From a virus: a stretch of DNA of 64,000 nt. The stretch spans positions 74,193-138,192 of IMG/VR virus record IMGVR_UViG_3300018080_000116, one strand, 5' to 3'. Positions 43,801 to 53,301 of the stretch are shown one piece after another. How positions within the stretch are numbered: the first letter of the stretch is position 1; each line of letters starts with the position of its first letter. The notes beneath the pieces are model-generated. The model searched no databases, had not been told where the DNA came from, and was given only the letters and a program-made list of their open reading frames with translations. Made by a program: the position numbers and the translations under genes.

Positions 43801-46800
43801 ATCACCATTGCGGTCATTCTGGGAACCGTTGCTTTGATTGCTGGTGCTGTTTACGCCTCTGTACACGCATTGAAAGCCGCCAGCAAAATGTGGGGAGTAA
43901 TTAAAGCCTCTTACAAAGACATGTTGATCGGTGCGGCTGTCATTGGGTTGATGGGACCGGCCATCGTTCTTTTGGCAACAGCAATCGTATTTGTTTGTAA
44001 AGAAATCATGGGTGCATTTGGCATGGACGCTTCCACTGTAGCCAAAACCGCCATCGACATCGCAGCCATACTTGGTGCTGCCGCTGCTATTACAATTGCG
44101 GCAGCAGCAGGCGTTGCTGCAATTATGGGTGTTGGCGCTGCGCTTGGCTTGCTAACTGGGCCACAAGCGCTTGCAGCGCTTGCGGCCTTGGGTATTGGTG
44201 TAGCGGCCATTCTTCTTGCTGTCCCGCTTTTGCTCACTCTTGCGGCAGGAGTTGTAAGGATCGCTCAGGGTGTCATGAGTATGATGGGCGTCGATGCCGC
44301 TGTAGCTGTTGAAGTTGGCAAAAATGTTGCCGCCCTTTTGGGTGCCACCGCACTCATCATTATCGGAACCGCAGCAGGACTTGCGGCTCTTTGGGGAATT
44401 GGCAAGGGCATAATGGCAATGTTTACCGGAGGCTTGGCACTTAAAACCTTGATTGAACTAGGCGTAGGAATAGCTGCTGTGTTAATTGCGGTCCCAATCT
44501 TACTCACGATTGCCGCAGCGGTCGTGAAGATTGCCCAAGGCGTATTGGGCATGATGGGTGTTGATGCTGGCGTTGCCATGGAAGTCGCCAAAAATGTTGG
44601 CGGATTACTTATAGCAGCAGCAGGCATTATCACAGGGGTGGGACTCGGACTTGCCGCCCTTTGGGGCATCGGCAAAGGCGTATTGATGCTTGTGAGCGGC
44701 CCACAATTCCTAGCAACACTGTTGGCCCTTGGGGTTGGAACCGCAGCCGTTTTGCTTGCCACACCAATACTTCTTGGGATTGCCGCTGCTGTAGTTAAGA
44801 TAGCCCAAGGCGTACTAGGTGCAGCAGGAGTAGACGCTGCTACTGCTGCACAGGTAGGTGAAGATGTAAGTGCTTTGTTAAAAGCAGCAGCAGGCATTGT
44901 GATTGGAGTGGGTGCAGGTCTTGCCGCCCTGTACGGAATGGGTTGGGCCATGGTCACCTATCTGGCTGGCCCTCAGGCTCTAGTTGCCCTTGGCATGATG
45001 GCCTTGGGCGCTGTTGCGGTTAGGTTGGCCACCCCAATCATGTTGGGCATCGCAGCCGATGTTGTAAACTCTGCAAAAGAGATTCTGAAAGCAGAAGGAA
45101 TGGATGCTGGCGCTGCCGCCAAAGTCGCTGAAGATGTTAAGGGGCTGTTGACGGCGACCGTTAAGATAGTCGCTGGTGTAGCTTCTGGAATTGCCCTTCT
45201 TACTGGAATTGGCTGGGCACTTGGACTTTTGTCAGGCCCACTAGCACTAGGATTGATCCTCTCGCTGGCAGCCGGTGCGGCTGTGGTGAGATTGGTAACA
45301 CCTATGTTGATTAAGTTTGCTGCCAGTCTACTTGACATATGCAAAGCGGCAGCAGGAGCCTATGTAGATCCCGCAGAGAGCCAAAAGGTGGTTGCGGCAA
45401 TGGATGGCATGGGTAAAGCAGCAAAAGCAATTGCCAATATGCTTGGGGCTTTTGTAAATGACATCGTGCCACTTACGCAAGGTTGGTTCCTTGGGTGGTT
45501 CGGCGCATCTCCGCTTGACGAGCTAGATGATGCGATGCCCCAAGTAGAGGCAACCATTGATGTTTTAGCAAACTTTCTTGGTGATCTGATGCGAACGATG
45601 AGCGCCAAATTCCCCGATGAAGGCCAACTCGCAGGATCTATCGAAATCATTAACAGCCTGGGGACCATGGCAAGCAGCGTAGCCGACGCCCTCGGGGTTG
45701 CCGCTGAAGAATTGCCTGATCTGACTGATGGTTGGTTCCTGGGTTGGTTTGGTGCATCTCCACTTGACGAACTGGCTGCATGCATACCTCAGATTAAGAG
45801 TAGCATGGATATAATGTCCAAGTTCCTGGGTGAAGTAATGGTTGATTCCCTGGGCAACTTCCCCAGTATGGACAACATGACTCAGGGAATTGAGATCATC
45901 AAAAACATGGGTGAGATGTCCACCAGCATATCAGCCGCCCTTGGTGAGGCAGCCGAGAAGTTGCCCGAGCTAACCGAAGGTGGATGGATACCATTCTTCT
46001 CCAGTTCGCCACTCGAAAAACTCGAAGAAGCTATTCCGGCTCTTACAGATGGCTTTGAAACGGTAGCCAAGTTCATGCGAGCGGTTATTGGCGTTACACA
46101 CGATGTCTTTTCTGACCCAGATCAAGCCAAGAAAGATGTCGAATTGGTGACAGCCATTGGGACAGGTGCTACGGCGGTTGCTCAAGCACTTACAGTCTGT
46201 GGGAATGACCTTGTGGAACTGACCGAAGACACAGGCTGGTTTGGCTGGGGCGATTCTGTAATCGAGCAGTTTGACGAAGCACGACCCGCTTTAAGAGACG
46301 CCTTCAAGTCGGTTGCTCGATTCATGAGAGATGTCATCACAATCGCCAAGGCGGAAATGGGCGACATTGAAAATGTGCAAGATGCCATCGACATTGTAAA
46401 TGGCATGGGCACTATGGCTGGCAGTATCGCCAAAGCATTCTCGGTGATTGGTGAGGATCTTGTCCCGATGACTGAAGAGTCTGGCTGGGGCTGGTGGTCT
46501 GAAGAAGCCTTAACTAAACAACTGGAAGATGCAATCCCAGATCTTGAAGATGCCTTTGGCACCGTCGCTGGATTCTTGGGTACATGCGCAGAAGCCGTAA
46601 TGAGCGAATTCCCAGGAGAAGGCGAAGTTAAGACGGCTACGGATCTAATGACAGCACTCGGCCCAATGGTGGATGGTGTTGCCGATGCAATGAAAACCAC
46701 ATCCTTCGAGATGGTTCCCCTCGCTGGTTGGTCGGGCATTGAGAATTTAGAAGATGCCATCCCTGAATTGAGGATGTCATTCCGAACCATCTCAAGATTC

Positions 46801-49800
46801 TTGGGCGGAATAGTAGAAACACTGAAAGAACAATTTCCCTCCCCCAGAGATGTGCAGGTCGCAACATCGCTGCTGGAAAACATCGGCATAATGGTTGAAT
46901 CTGTAGCCAAGGCTCTTGAGGCAACAGCATTTCACCTGCTTCCGCTCATACAGGATCAAAGAAGTTGGCTGGGCTTCTGGACAATAGAAGGTACGTCGTT
47001 GATGGACAAGCTGGTTGCGGCTGTTCCTGAGCTTCAAGCTGGGTTCACTGCTGTTGCCACATTCTTGGGTGGCATCATCAGGACGCTGCAACAGCAATTC
47101 CCGGCACCAAGAGACGTGCAAGTTGCCACACTCCTCATGGAGAACCTAGCCAAGCTTACACAGTCCATCGCTTTGGCCATGGAAACTGCGGCATGGAACC
47201 TCATTCCACTCACTAAAGACAGTTTGTGGATCGCATTCTGGACAGGAAAGAGAGACAATTCGCTGCTCGATAGACTACAAGAGGCCCTCCCAGAACTAGA
47301 TAAGGGCCTTACAGCAGTCCTTAAATTCTTGGGGGGAATTGTCAGGATTCTTCAGCAGCAATTCCCAGCACCAAGGGATGTGCAGGTCGCATCTCTTTTG
47401 ATGCACCATCTTGCAATCCTTACCGTTTCGATTGCATCAGCAATGAGAGTGGCCGCAAACCAATTGATCCCACTTACGCAAGACACAGGTTGGCTATGGT
47501 GGTGGAGAGAAGCGCCACTAACCGATCTTGAAGAAGCCATTCCCGACCTTGACAAGGGGTTGAGGGCAGTCATCAAGTTCTTGGGCGGCATCGTTGACGT
47601 TCTGCAAGAATCGTTCCCGAATCCAAGGGATGTGCAAGTTGCGACACTCCTTATGGAGAACATATCGAAGATGACTTTTGCTGCGGCAATGGCACTTCGT
47701 TACACAGCCTACGACCTGCTTCCGCTCGTACAAGACAGAAAATGGCTGTTCTTCTGGAGAGATAGTTCGCCGCTTGAAGAATTAGAAGAGGCGATCCCGG
47801 ATCTCCAAAGAGGTATGCACGCAGTCATCAAGTTCTTGGGTGGCATTATTGATGTATTGAAAGAATCTTTCCCAAATCCAAGAGACGTTCAAGTTGCTTC
47901 TCTGCTCCTAACCCACATAGGAATCATGACTGCGGGTGCAGCACTTACGCTGCGTGAGGTGGCCTGGAACTTGTTGCCACTAATTCAAGAGCCTAGCTGG
48001 CTCTTCTTCTGGAGGGAGAAAAAGTCCTTGCTAGAAAAATTGCAAGAGGCCATCCCCGATCTCCAAGCAGGCATGCGTGCAGTATTCAGGTTCTTGGGCG
48101 GTATCATCGACACGCTTAAAGCTGAATTCCCAGAGCCACGAGATGTACTTGTTGCTACAAATCTCATGAGCAACATCGCCACCCTTACCAAAGGTGTATC
48201 CGGCACATTGGGCACAGTAGCCGAAGAACTCATCCCATTAACTCAGGGTCGGTTCCTTGGGTGGTGGGGCTCCACACCTCTCGAAGATTTGGAAGCGGCA
48301 ATTCCAGATCTTCAGGAAGGGTTCCGCACCGTAATGAAGTTCTTCAACAGCCTCATCGGCCTTATGAAGGAAGAGTACCCAGACTTCAGCGACGTAGCTA
48401 CAGCCGGTGTTTTCCTCATGTTTATGGCTGATGTGGCCAAGGGTGCTTCCACACTGTTGAACGTGGTGGCGGAAGAACTGCAACCACTCACGGAACGAAG
48501 ATGGTTCGGCTTCTTTGATTCTAAACTGGCTGGCCTGGAAGAGGCCATTCCAACATTAGAAGAGGGTCTTGGCAAGGTCATGCGATTTATCAGAGACGGC
48601 GTGATCGAACCCTTACGTGGATTCGCCAGACCAAATGAAATCCAACCCATGGTTGAAAGCATGGTGGCCACTGTAGAGGTGGTGAAAAACATCCCCAGAT
48701 TCCTCGAAGAGCTAGTCAAGGCCATCGAACCTCTGGTGGGTGGATACCTATGGTCGCCAATTGATGGAATTGAAGCTAAGGTTACAGAGTTTGCCGAGAA
48801 CTTCGGCAAGATTGCTTGGTTCATGCTTGATGCGGTCATCACACCACTGCACTTGTTGCCTGCCCCTGAAGAAATTCTGGCCATCAACCATAAGCTGGCA
48901 GCCATGTGCGGCGTCTTTGCTATGATCCCGGTCATGTTGGAATCCTTCACAAAACACCTGGGTGAATTGTCAAGCGGATATTTCTGGTCGCCGATTGATG
49001 GAATCGAATCACAAGTTGAAGAATTCGCCACGAACTTCTACAACATCATCAAGTTCATGGACACGGGAATCATCATCCCACTTCAGATCTTGCCGCCAGT
49101 TGAAGAGTTATACCAAGTGATCGGCAAGCTAGTGGGTATGTCCAGTGTAATCAGCACCATCCCGATCCTGCTCAATACGTTTACTGAAACTTTAGGTGGG
49201 CTGACGAGCGGCTGGTTCTGGTCGCCACTTGACTCCATCGAATCACAATCCGAAGAGTTCGCCGAGAATTTCGGCAACATCCTCCACTTCATGCAAACAG
49301 GCATAATGGACCCGCTATTTGAGATGCCAGAAGCAGACATGTACAACGCCATGGTCCAAAAATTGACTGGCATGAAGAATGTCATCGAAGCTATCCCGCC
49401 TGTGTTGGCCTCTTTTACAGAAGGCTTGGCTGAACTTACACAGGGTTGGTTCTGGTCACCACTCGACTCCATTGAAGCCCAGGCCGATGAATTCGCCGAG
49501 AACTTCGGCGACATCATTCGCTTCTTTGAGTGGGGAATGATTTACCCGCTTATGATGTTGCCGTCCGCCGACGCCATCGGAGAACTGCACGCCAAGCTTC
49601 CGGCAATGGATATGATTATCCAGAGTATCCCACCCATGCTGGCTTCCTTCACGGAAAACCTCAGCAAGCTGACACAGGGTTGGTTCTGGTCACCGCTCGA
49701 CTCCATCGAAGCTCAAGCTGAAGAGTTTGCCGAGAACTTCGGCAGCATTGCAATGTTCTTCCGAGTTGGAATGGTTTATCCACTCATGCTCCTCCCGTCC

Positions 49801-52350
49801 GCCGAGACGATTGGAGAATTGCAGGCTAAGCTCCCAGCTTTAACACAGGTAATTCAAGCACTGGCACCCATGCTCACGACGTTCGCTGAGGAACTTGGGC
49901 CATTCGCTGGCGGTTGGTTCTGGTCACCACTGGATTCTATCGAATCTCAAACGGAAGAATTTGCCGAGAACTTCGGCAACATTGCACGCTTCATCAATGA
50001 AGGCGTCCTGGAACCACTCAAGCTTCTTCCAGAAGCCACAGAAATTGAAGCGTTGGCTGCCAGCGTGGAAGCTCTCGCCCAAGTATTCGGCGGACTAAGT
50101 GATGTGTTGGTTGCTTTGGCCGAGGCAACGGCTACGGTGGGTGAGACCGATTTGGGAAGCATGGATCTGGAAGGTGTAAAGGAAGCCTTGACGACTGTTG
50201 CTGGAATGAGCCCTGCACTGACTGCCGGTGGAGTAGAAGAAGCCGCTACTGGCGGCGCTGCTGGTGGTGCAGTAAAGATGGAGCCCGTTGAAAAATTTGC
50301 TGCTCTCGCCAAGGGCGGTACATTTGTTGCCAATGAACCCACAGCCTTGTTAGTCGGTGAAGCGGGACCAGAGCGAGTCATTGTTTCGCCACTCGAAGAA
50401 GCTGGTGTTGAAGCTCTACAATCTCAGATGGCACATGGCGGCACCGCAGGTGGTATAGCAAGCGGTCCTCCTGAAGTCAGCAGGGCAGCCATTGATGCCG
50501 AAGGCATCATGGCTGCCTCCCAGCAGGCACAAACAGAAGTGGCCAATGCCCAAGCCAAGGCAAGGCACATCAACGAGAAGATCATGAATCAGATCTACTC
50601 AGAAGGCGTGACTCGCCACAGCGAAAACATGAAGACCAGGGCCAATGAAGCAAGGTCTGAAACGCTGCACAACGTCACTAAAACCAAAGATCACCTCGAC
50701 AAATCTCTTGGAATGATGAAGGGCGGCATGACGGGCTTCTTTGAGAACATTGGTGGCTTCTTCCAGAACCTCAAAGACAACTTCTTTGGAGCATTTGGTG
50801 GCGATGAGGCCCAAAAGGCGATGCATGACGCCGAAGTGAATGCCATGAAGGAAGCCGAGGCATCCGGAAGGCTGCGTGACATCAAAGTGGCCAATGCCGC
50901 AGAAGAAGCGGGACTCAGTAAGGAAGCAGCCGCCGCACGAGCGGCAGAAGAAGCTGCGGCGAGAGAGTTGACTGACGAGCAAAAAACTGGTCTTGCTGGT
51001 GTCGAAAGCATGGCTGCAAAGCGACCACGAAAAGAAATGACGCCAGAAGAAGCAGTTCAAGAACACACCAGAATTCAAACCGAACAATCCCAACTAAGCA
51101 CGGCTGAAGCCTCCCGTGCTCTGAGGGGCGGGGCTGGAAGCACAGATCTCGCTGACCTGCGAGCACAATATCGTGCTCCTCGAACAGGCTACAAGAGAAA
51201 GAGGTTCACTGATCCAACTGCTGATGCCACAGTAGCAGCAGATGACAAAACTGTATGGACTGATAACCTACCGCCCGAACAAAGGGCGAGAATGGATGAG
51301 CGTGCTGTGTGGACTTCCGACATGTCGCCAGAACAGAAAGCACAATACATGCGGCGGCAAAGGAAGGGAGATGTCGTTGGCGGACAACCTCTGAGCGAGT
51401 GGACTGATCCAACCGCCAACTTAAAGCCGGGCGAGAGTGTTTCCCCCGAACAGCAAGCGGCCTACTTCACAGACTTGACTCATGGAGTTCATAGTCGTTC
51501 TGGCAACACACGAGTTGCACCGGGGGAATTTGACGCAGCGATGGCTGACATGACACCCGACTTTGGTGCCGAGCAAGCCAGACGACAAGCAACTGGCAAA
51601 CCCACGATGACGTTGGGCGCTGCAAGACATGAACAATTTGGCGTAGATTACGGTTCCACTTACGATCCCGGCTTGAATCGCAGAGCCGCCCGATACGAAC
51701 AGAGTGGGACAGGTGGCTCCCCAGTAGATAGATTGGATAGATGGGGCAGGGGCACCGACCGCAGTCAAATATGGGAAGGCATGGCCGCAGGCGGAAGCTT
51801 TGTTGCCCAAGCCCCCACACCATTGATGGTTGGAGAGGCTGGCCCCGAAAGAGTGACCGTAACTCCCGCAACTGCCGGTGGAATTCCCGATCTGGAAGAT
51901 AAAGTTGGAATGATGGCCGCAGCGGCAGCAGGAAATGCCCTTAGCGCCATTACCACCCTTCCATTCGCCTCGCAGGTAGATGACGAAGGCGTAGCACAAC
52001 CCCAAGTGGAATCCGCTCCGCTTACAGATGTGTATGACCGAATGCATCAAGAACAAATCGGTGCTGAAGCAGGCCCCACCAAACTGAACAGCAGCGAATT
52101 GACAGCCATTGAAGACGCAAGTATGCAACAGGTGGACCACCTAGCAACAATGAGCGAGACCCTAGTCGAAATAAAGGGGCTGTTGACTCCAAACACTGGA
52201 AGTTCCCTATCAGGCAAATCGCCACAACAACTTCAGGGTTCCACAGCGCCCAACACTACCACCTATGGATCGACCGATTATGGTAAATGGCAGTTCGGTC
52301 GTCACGCCGGTAATGCCGCCAATCAAGTCATCAACGATGGCGTAAACTAA
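40849..52350 (+). CDS. tail tape measure protein (3833 aa)
   Basis: length, helical Ala/Gly-rich repeats, two GG.FVA..PT.L.VGEAGPE motifs, position before the baseplate genes. Confidence 0.9.
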   Translation: MAQLQDITGRLVTMEGELSEMTGVLRQMLAKQDMGAAIPYMEEEKTKNEERNTKLDEIRDIMQTLSDDFKEEMDNAEDYAAQIKEVVESLREAKGTAGEATPAAPTAAPTATMGFDNLVGSMSDVLGKDQAKIAKSLTTEEKLLTAIAASSRAIESQIRTLTSAATTKGSIHTQVDGSDVINVTNSLLEAQIKERSGKDIKVDVAQIGGGAGGGTGGGSGPGSVFPTDGDAAAAGETAGKTYREHFYKAGIFGTMAAALAGLIKKFSPIEHLFKGVVQDELEFMQNMRATAFEVEGISASTRGLQEEWQQTGRVVARTGMNLTEFQTQYVKNLRAGVISQKAALDVTKTGLHLSQMIGANHEQTSDTLMNWHKTMGMNQNQMAQFSRSLQDVARLTGVTGDNLMEAVKASEELVKNMRNAGQLTAAAAANLTSTMASAQKLGVAEGAQEIMKALTGTNALLQETSKETQTFLFNAGVHAGRFGDVWSGTISQTKAGMKDLAGGMKGFVESVMGQTMDDFDKLSKEEKAKLNFIVKNVTGKSIDEARRIIESIEEGAKTYGDRISDINKRLREETLTLEERKKLEEDRLAMQIGGGFEFLTAFDEAAKKGLDMSAAVQDAMANNEDLAASMGSMGLNIDMMGPTMALEKAALFTAERLKEAGGADFTPQIQRALDTGDTQAMREVLSDMSAAQQELAMDTKKGLDPMTEMAHNFNKLNETVRDFTGPALRYMSGMMMWLAVIAGGIGSVWTAALGFGELKKGLAGLFGMGGGAGDMMEGMDEAGIDDVFKAGLAKAGEYVPQSIKDMFGAGLGKAKDLIGAVIPGAFADSVADAGLDTVGDVVGDAVAGGVSDALTASTGSITTGLGSELADGMTSTLTAGLDDVGDHFTSTIVGNFDDALGGVNIEDVGLLDQAGDILGGGPEGGKAPSFDWGGIEKIGEELKKAAPTLIKAAIGLAIAAAAVVLLIKVLQAVGIGPKEAMEGAITIAVILGTVALIAGAVYASVHALKAASKMWGVIKASYKDMLIGAAVIGLMGPAIVLLATAIVFVCKEIMGAFGMDASTVAKTAIDIAAILGAAAAITIAAAAGVAAIMGVGAALGLLTGPQALAALAALGIGVAAILLAVPLLLTLAAGVVRIAQGVMSMMGVDAAVAVEVGKNVAALLGATALIIIGTAAGLAALWGIGKGIMAMFTGGLALKTLIELGVGIAAVLIAVPILLTIAAAVVKIAQGVLGMMGVDAGVAMEVAKNVGGLLIAAAGIITGVGLGLAALWGIGKGVLMLVSGPQFLATLLALGVGTAAVLLATPILLGIAAAVVKIAQGVLGAAGVDAATAAQVGEDVSALLKAAAGIVIGVGAGLAALYGMGWAMVTYLAGPQALVALGMMALGAVAVRLATPIMLGIAADVVNSAKEILKAEGMDAGAAAKVAEDVKGLLTATVKIVAGVASGIALLTGIGWALGLLSGPLALGLILSLAAGAAVVRLVTPMLIKFAASLLDICKAAAGAYVDPAESQKVVAAMDGMGKAAKAIANMLGAFVNDIVPLTQGWFLGWFGASPLDELDDAMPQVEATIDVLANFLGDLMRTMSAKFPDEGQLAGSIEIINSLGTMASSVADALGVAAEELPDLTDGWFLGWFGASPLDELAACIPQIKSSMDIMSKFLGEVMVDSLGNFPSMDNMTQGIEIIKNMGEMSTSISAALGEAAEKLPELTEGGWIPFFSSSPLEKLEEAIPALTDGFETVAKFMRAVIGVTHDVFSDPDQAKKDVELVTAIGTGATAVAQALTVCGNDLVELTEDTGWFGWGDSVIEQFDEARPALRDAFKSVARFMRDVITIAKAEMGDIENVQDAIDIVNGMGTMAGSIAKAFSVIGEDLVPMTEESGWGWWSEEALTKQLEDAIPDLEDAFGTVAGFLGTCAEAVMSEFPGEGEVKTATDLMTALGPMVDGVADAMKTTSFEMVPLAGWSGIENLEDAIPELRMSFRTISRFLGGIVETLKEQFPSPRDVQVATSLLENIGIMVESVAKALEATAFHLLPLIQDQRSWLGFWTIEGTSLMDKLVAAVPELQAGFTAVATFLGGIIRTLQQQFPAPRDVQVATLLMENLAKLTQSIALAMETAAWNLIPLTKDSLWIAFWTGKRDNSLLDRLQEALPELDKGLTAVLKFLGGIVRILQQQFPAPRDVQVASLLMHHLAILTVSIASAMRVAANQLIPLTQDTGWLWWWREAPLTDLEEAIPDLDKGLRAVIKFLGGIVDVLQESFPNPRDVQVATLLMENISKMTFAAAMALRYTAYDLLPLVQDRKWLFFWRDSSPLEELEEAIPDLQRGMHAVIKFLGGIIDVLKESFPNPRDVQVASLLLTHIGIMTAGAALTLREVAWNLLPLIQEPSWLFFWREKKSLLEKLQEAIPDLQAGMRAVFRFLGGIIDTLKAEFPEPRDVLVATNLMSNIATLTKGVSGTLGTVAEELIPLTQGRFLGWWGSTPLEDLEAAIPDLQEGFRTVMKFFNSLIGLMKEEYPDFSDVATAGVFLMFMADVAKGASTLLNVVAEELQPLTERRWFGFFDSKLAGLEEAIPTLEEGLGKVMRFIRDGVIEPLRGFARPNEIQPMVESMVATVEVVKNIPRFLEELVKAIEPLVGGYLWSPIDGIEAKVTEFAENFGKIAWFMLDAVITPLHLLPAPEEILAINHKLAAMCGVFAMIPVMLESFTKHLGELSSGYFWSPIDGIESQVEEFATNFYNIIKFMDTGIIIPLQILPPVEELYQVIGKLVGMSSVISTIPILLNTFTETLGGLTSGWFWSPLDSIESQSEEFAENFGNILHFMQTGIMDPLFEMPEADMYNAMVQKLTGMKNVIEAIPPVLASFTEGLAELTQGWFWSPLDSIEAQADEFAENFGDIIRFFEWGMIYPLMMLPSADAIGELHAKLPAMDMIIQSIPPMLASFTENLSKLTQGWFWSPLDSIEAQAEEFAENFGSIAMFFRVGMVYPLMLLPSAETIGELQAKLPALTQVIQALAPMLTTFAEELGPFAGGWFWSPLDSIESQTEEFAENFGNIARFINEGVLEPLKLLPEATEIEALAASVEALAQVFGGLSDVLVALAEATATVGETDLGSMDLEGVKEALTTVAGMSPALTAGGVEEAATGGAAGGAVKMEPVEKFAALAKGGTFVANEPTALLVGEAGPERVIVSPLEEAGVEALQSQMAHGGTAGGIASGPPEVSRAAIDAEGIMAASQQAQTEVANAQAKARHINEKIMNQIYSEGVTRHSENMKTRANEARSETLHNVTKTKDHLDKSLGMMKGGMTGFFENIGGFFQNLKDNFFGAFGGDEAQKAMHDAEVNAMKEAEASGRLRDIKVANAAEEAGLSKEAAAARAAEEAAARELTDEQKTGLAGVESMAAKRPRKEMTPEEAVQEHTRIQTEQSQLSTAEASRALRGGAGSTDLADLRAQYRAPRTGYKRKRFTDPTADATVAADDKTVWTDNLPPEQRARMDERAVWTSDMSPEQKAQYMRRQRKGDVVGGQPLSEWTDPTANLKPGESVSPEQQAAYFTDLTHGVHSRSGNTRVAPGEFDAAMADMTPDFGAEQARRQATGKPTMTLGAARHEQFGVDYGSTYDPGLNRRAARYEQSGTGGSPVDRLDRWGRGTDRSQIWEGMAAGGSFVAQAPTPLMVGEAGPERVTVTPATAGGIPDLEDKVGMMAAAAAGNALSAITTLPFASQVDDEGVAQPQVESAPLTDVYDRMHQEQIGAEAGPTKLNSSELTAIEDASMQQVDHLATMSETLVEIKGLLTPNTGSSLSGKSPQQLQGSTAPNTTTYGSTDYGKWQFGRHAGNAANQVINDGVN

Positions 52351-52407
52351 TTTAATAGCCCACCATTAACTATATAATAAAAGCCTGTCCTGGCACTAAG
52401 GAGAAAC

Positions 52408-52956
52408 ATGCCAAAAGCTACCGTTCCTGGCGGACCATTGGTCGCCCTGCAAGATTGTTGGATAAAAATTCCGGTAGGCAACTCTATGGAATATACGGTC
52501 GATCTATATTCACTGCCAGACATCAGCGATAGCAAGTCGGCCTCCTACAATGACGAACCCATCATCGGCAGAGCATTCCCGCTCAAGACCTATTCGCACT
52601 CCGATAACCGCACGATCAGCATGCAGTTGCACTTTTTTGTGACTCACCCTGATGACGTGACAAAGAATCTAGATCACCTGCGTGCTTTGGAAAGCGCAGT
52701 TTATCCAAGAGTGGATGACATCAGTGGGGCTCCTTTTGTGCCGCCACCCGTTTGCCGAATTAAATGTGGTGAATTATTGGCACGAGAGCATTTGTGTGTG
52801 GTGCTGAAACAGTATTCAGTGAAATTTCCTATCGATGTGGCGTGGGATGAGAACACCTATATTCCCTGGAAGTTCGATGTAGATACGACTTGGGAGGTGG
52901 TGTACAAAAGCCCGGATCTGCCTGGGCAGAGAAGAATCTTGTTTACAGGGAAATAA
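52408..52956 (+). CDS. tail tube initiator / CIS tube-like protein
   Basis: PDISDSK.A.Y.D..IIGR..P...YSHS..RTI, PPP.C. Confidence 0.7.
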   Translation: MPKATVPGGPLVALQDCWIKIPVGNSMEYTVDLYSLPDISDSKSASYNDEPIIGRAFPLKTYSHSDNRTISMQLHFFVTHPDDVTKNLDHLRALESAVYPRVDDISGAPFVPPPVCRIKCGELLAREHLCVVLKQYSVKFPIDVAWDENTYIPWKFDVDTTWEVVYKSPDLPGQRRILFTGK

Positions 52957-52957
52957 C

Positions 52958-53293
52958 ATGGCCAATAGTATTACATATGTTCCGCACTCAAAACCCGACC
53001 GAGGATACGTCACTGGTTCTAGCCGATATGCGGATTCTCAACTAATCTATTATGGCGAATTGGCAAAAATGACATTCACCACCTACAAAAGGACACAGCC
53101 GAAACTTACCGATGAAGATAAGTTCACAGTTGTTCCTCCGGGTTGGGAATACAGGCCAGATTTGGCCTCCAAATACATGTATGGAACCGTGGACTTTTGG
53201 TGGAAGATTCTAGAAATGAATGGGATGAAAGATGTTTGGGAATTTAAGGCGGGGGTCAACGTGCGTCTGCCGATAAACGTTTATGGAATTTAG
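52958..53293 (+). CDS. baseplate wedge gp53/LysM-like protein
   Basis: EYRPDLASKYMYG..D.WWKI..N. Confidence 0.75.
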   Translation: MANSITYVPHSKPDRGYVTGSSRYADSQLIYYGELAKMTFTTYKRTQPKLTDEDKFTVVPPGWEYRPDLASKYMYGTVDFWWKILEMNGMKDVWEFKAGVNVRLPINVYGI

Positions 53294-53301
53294 GAGGATC
53301 T

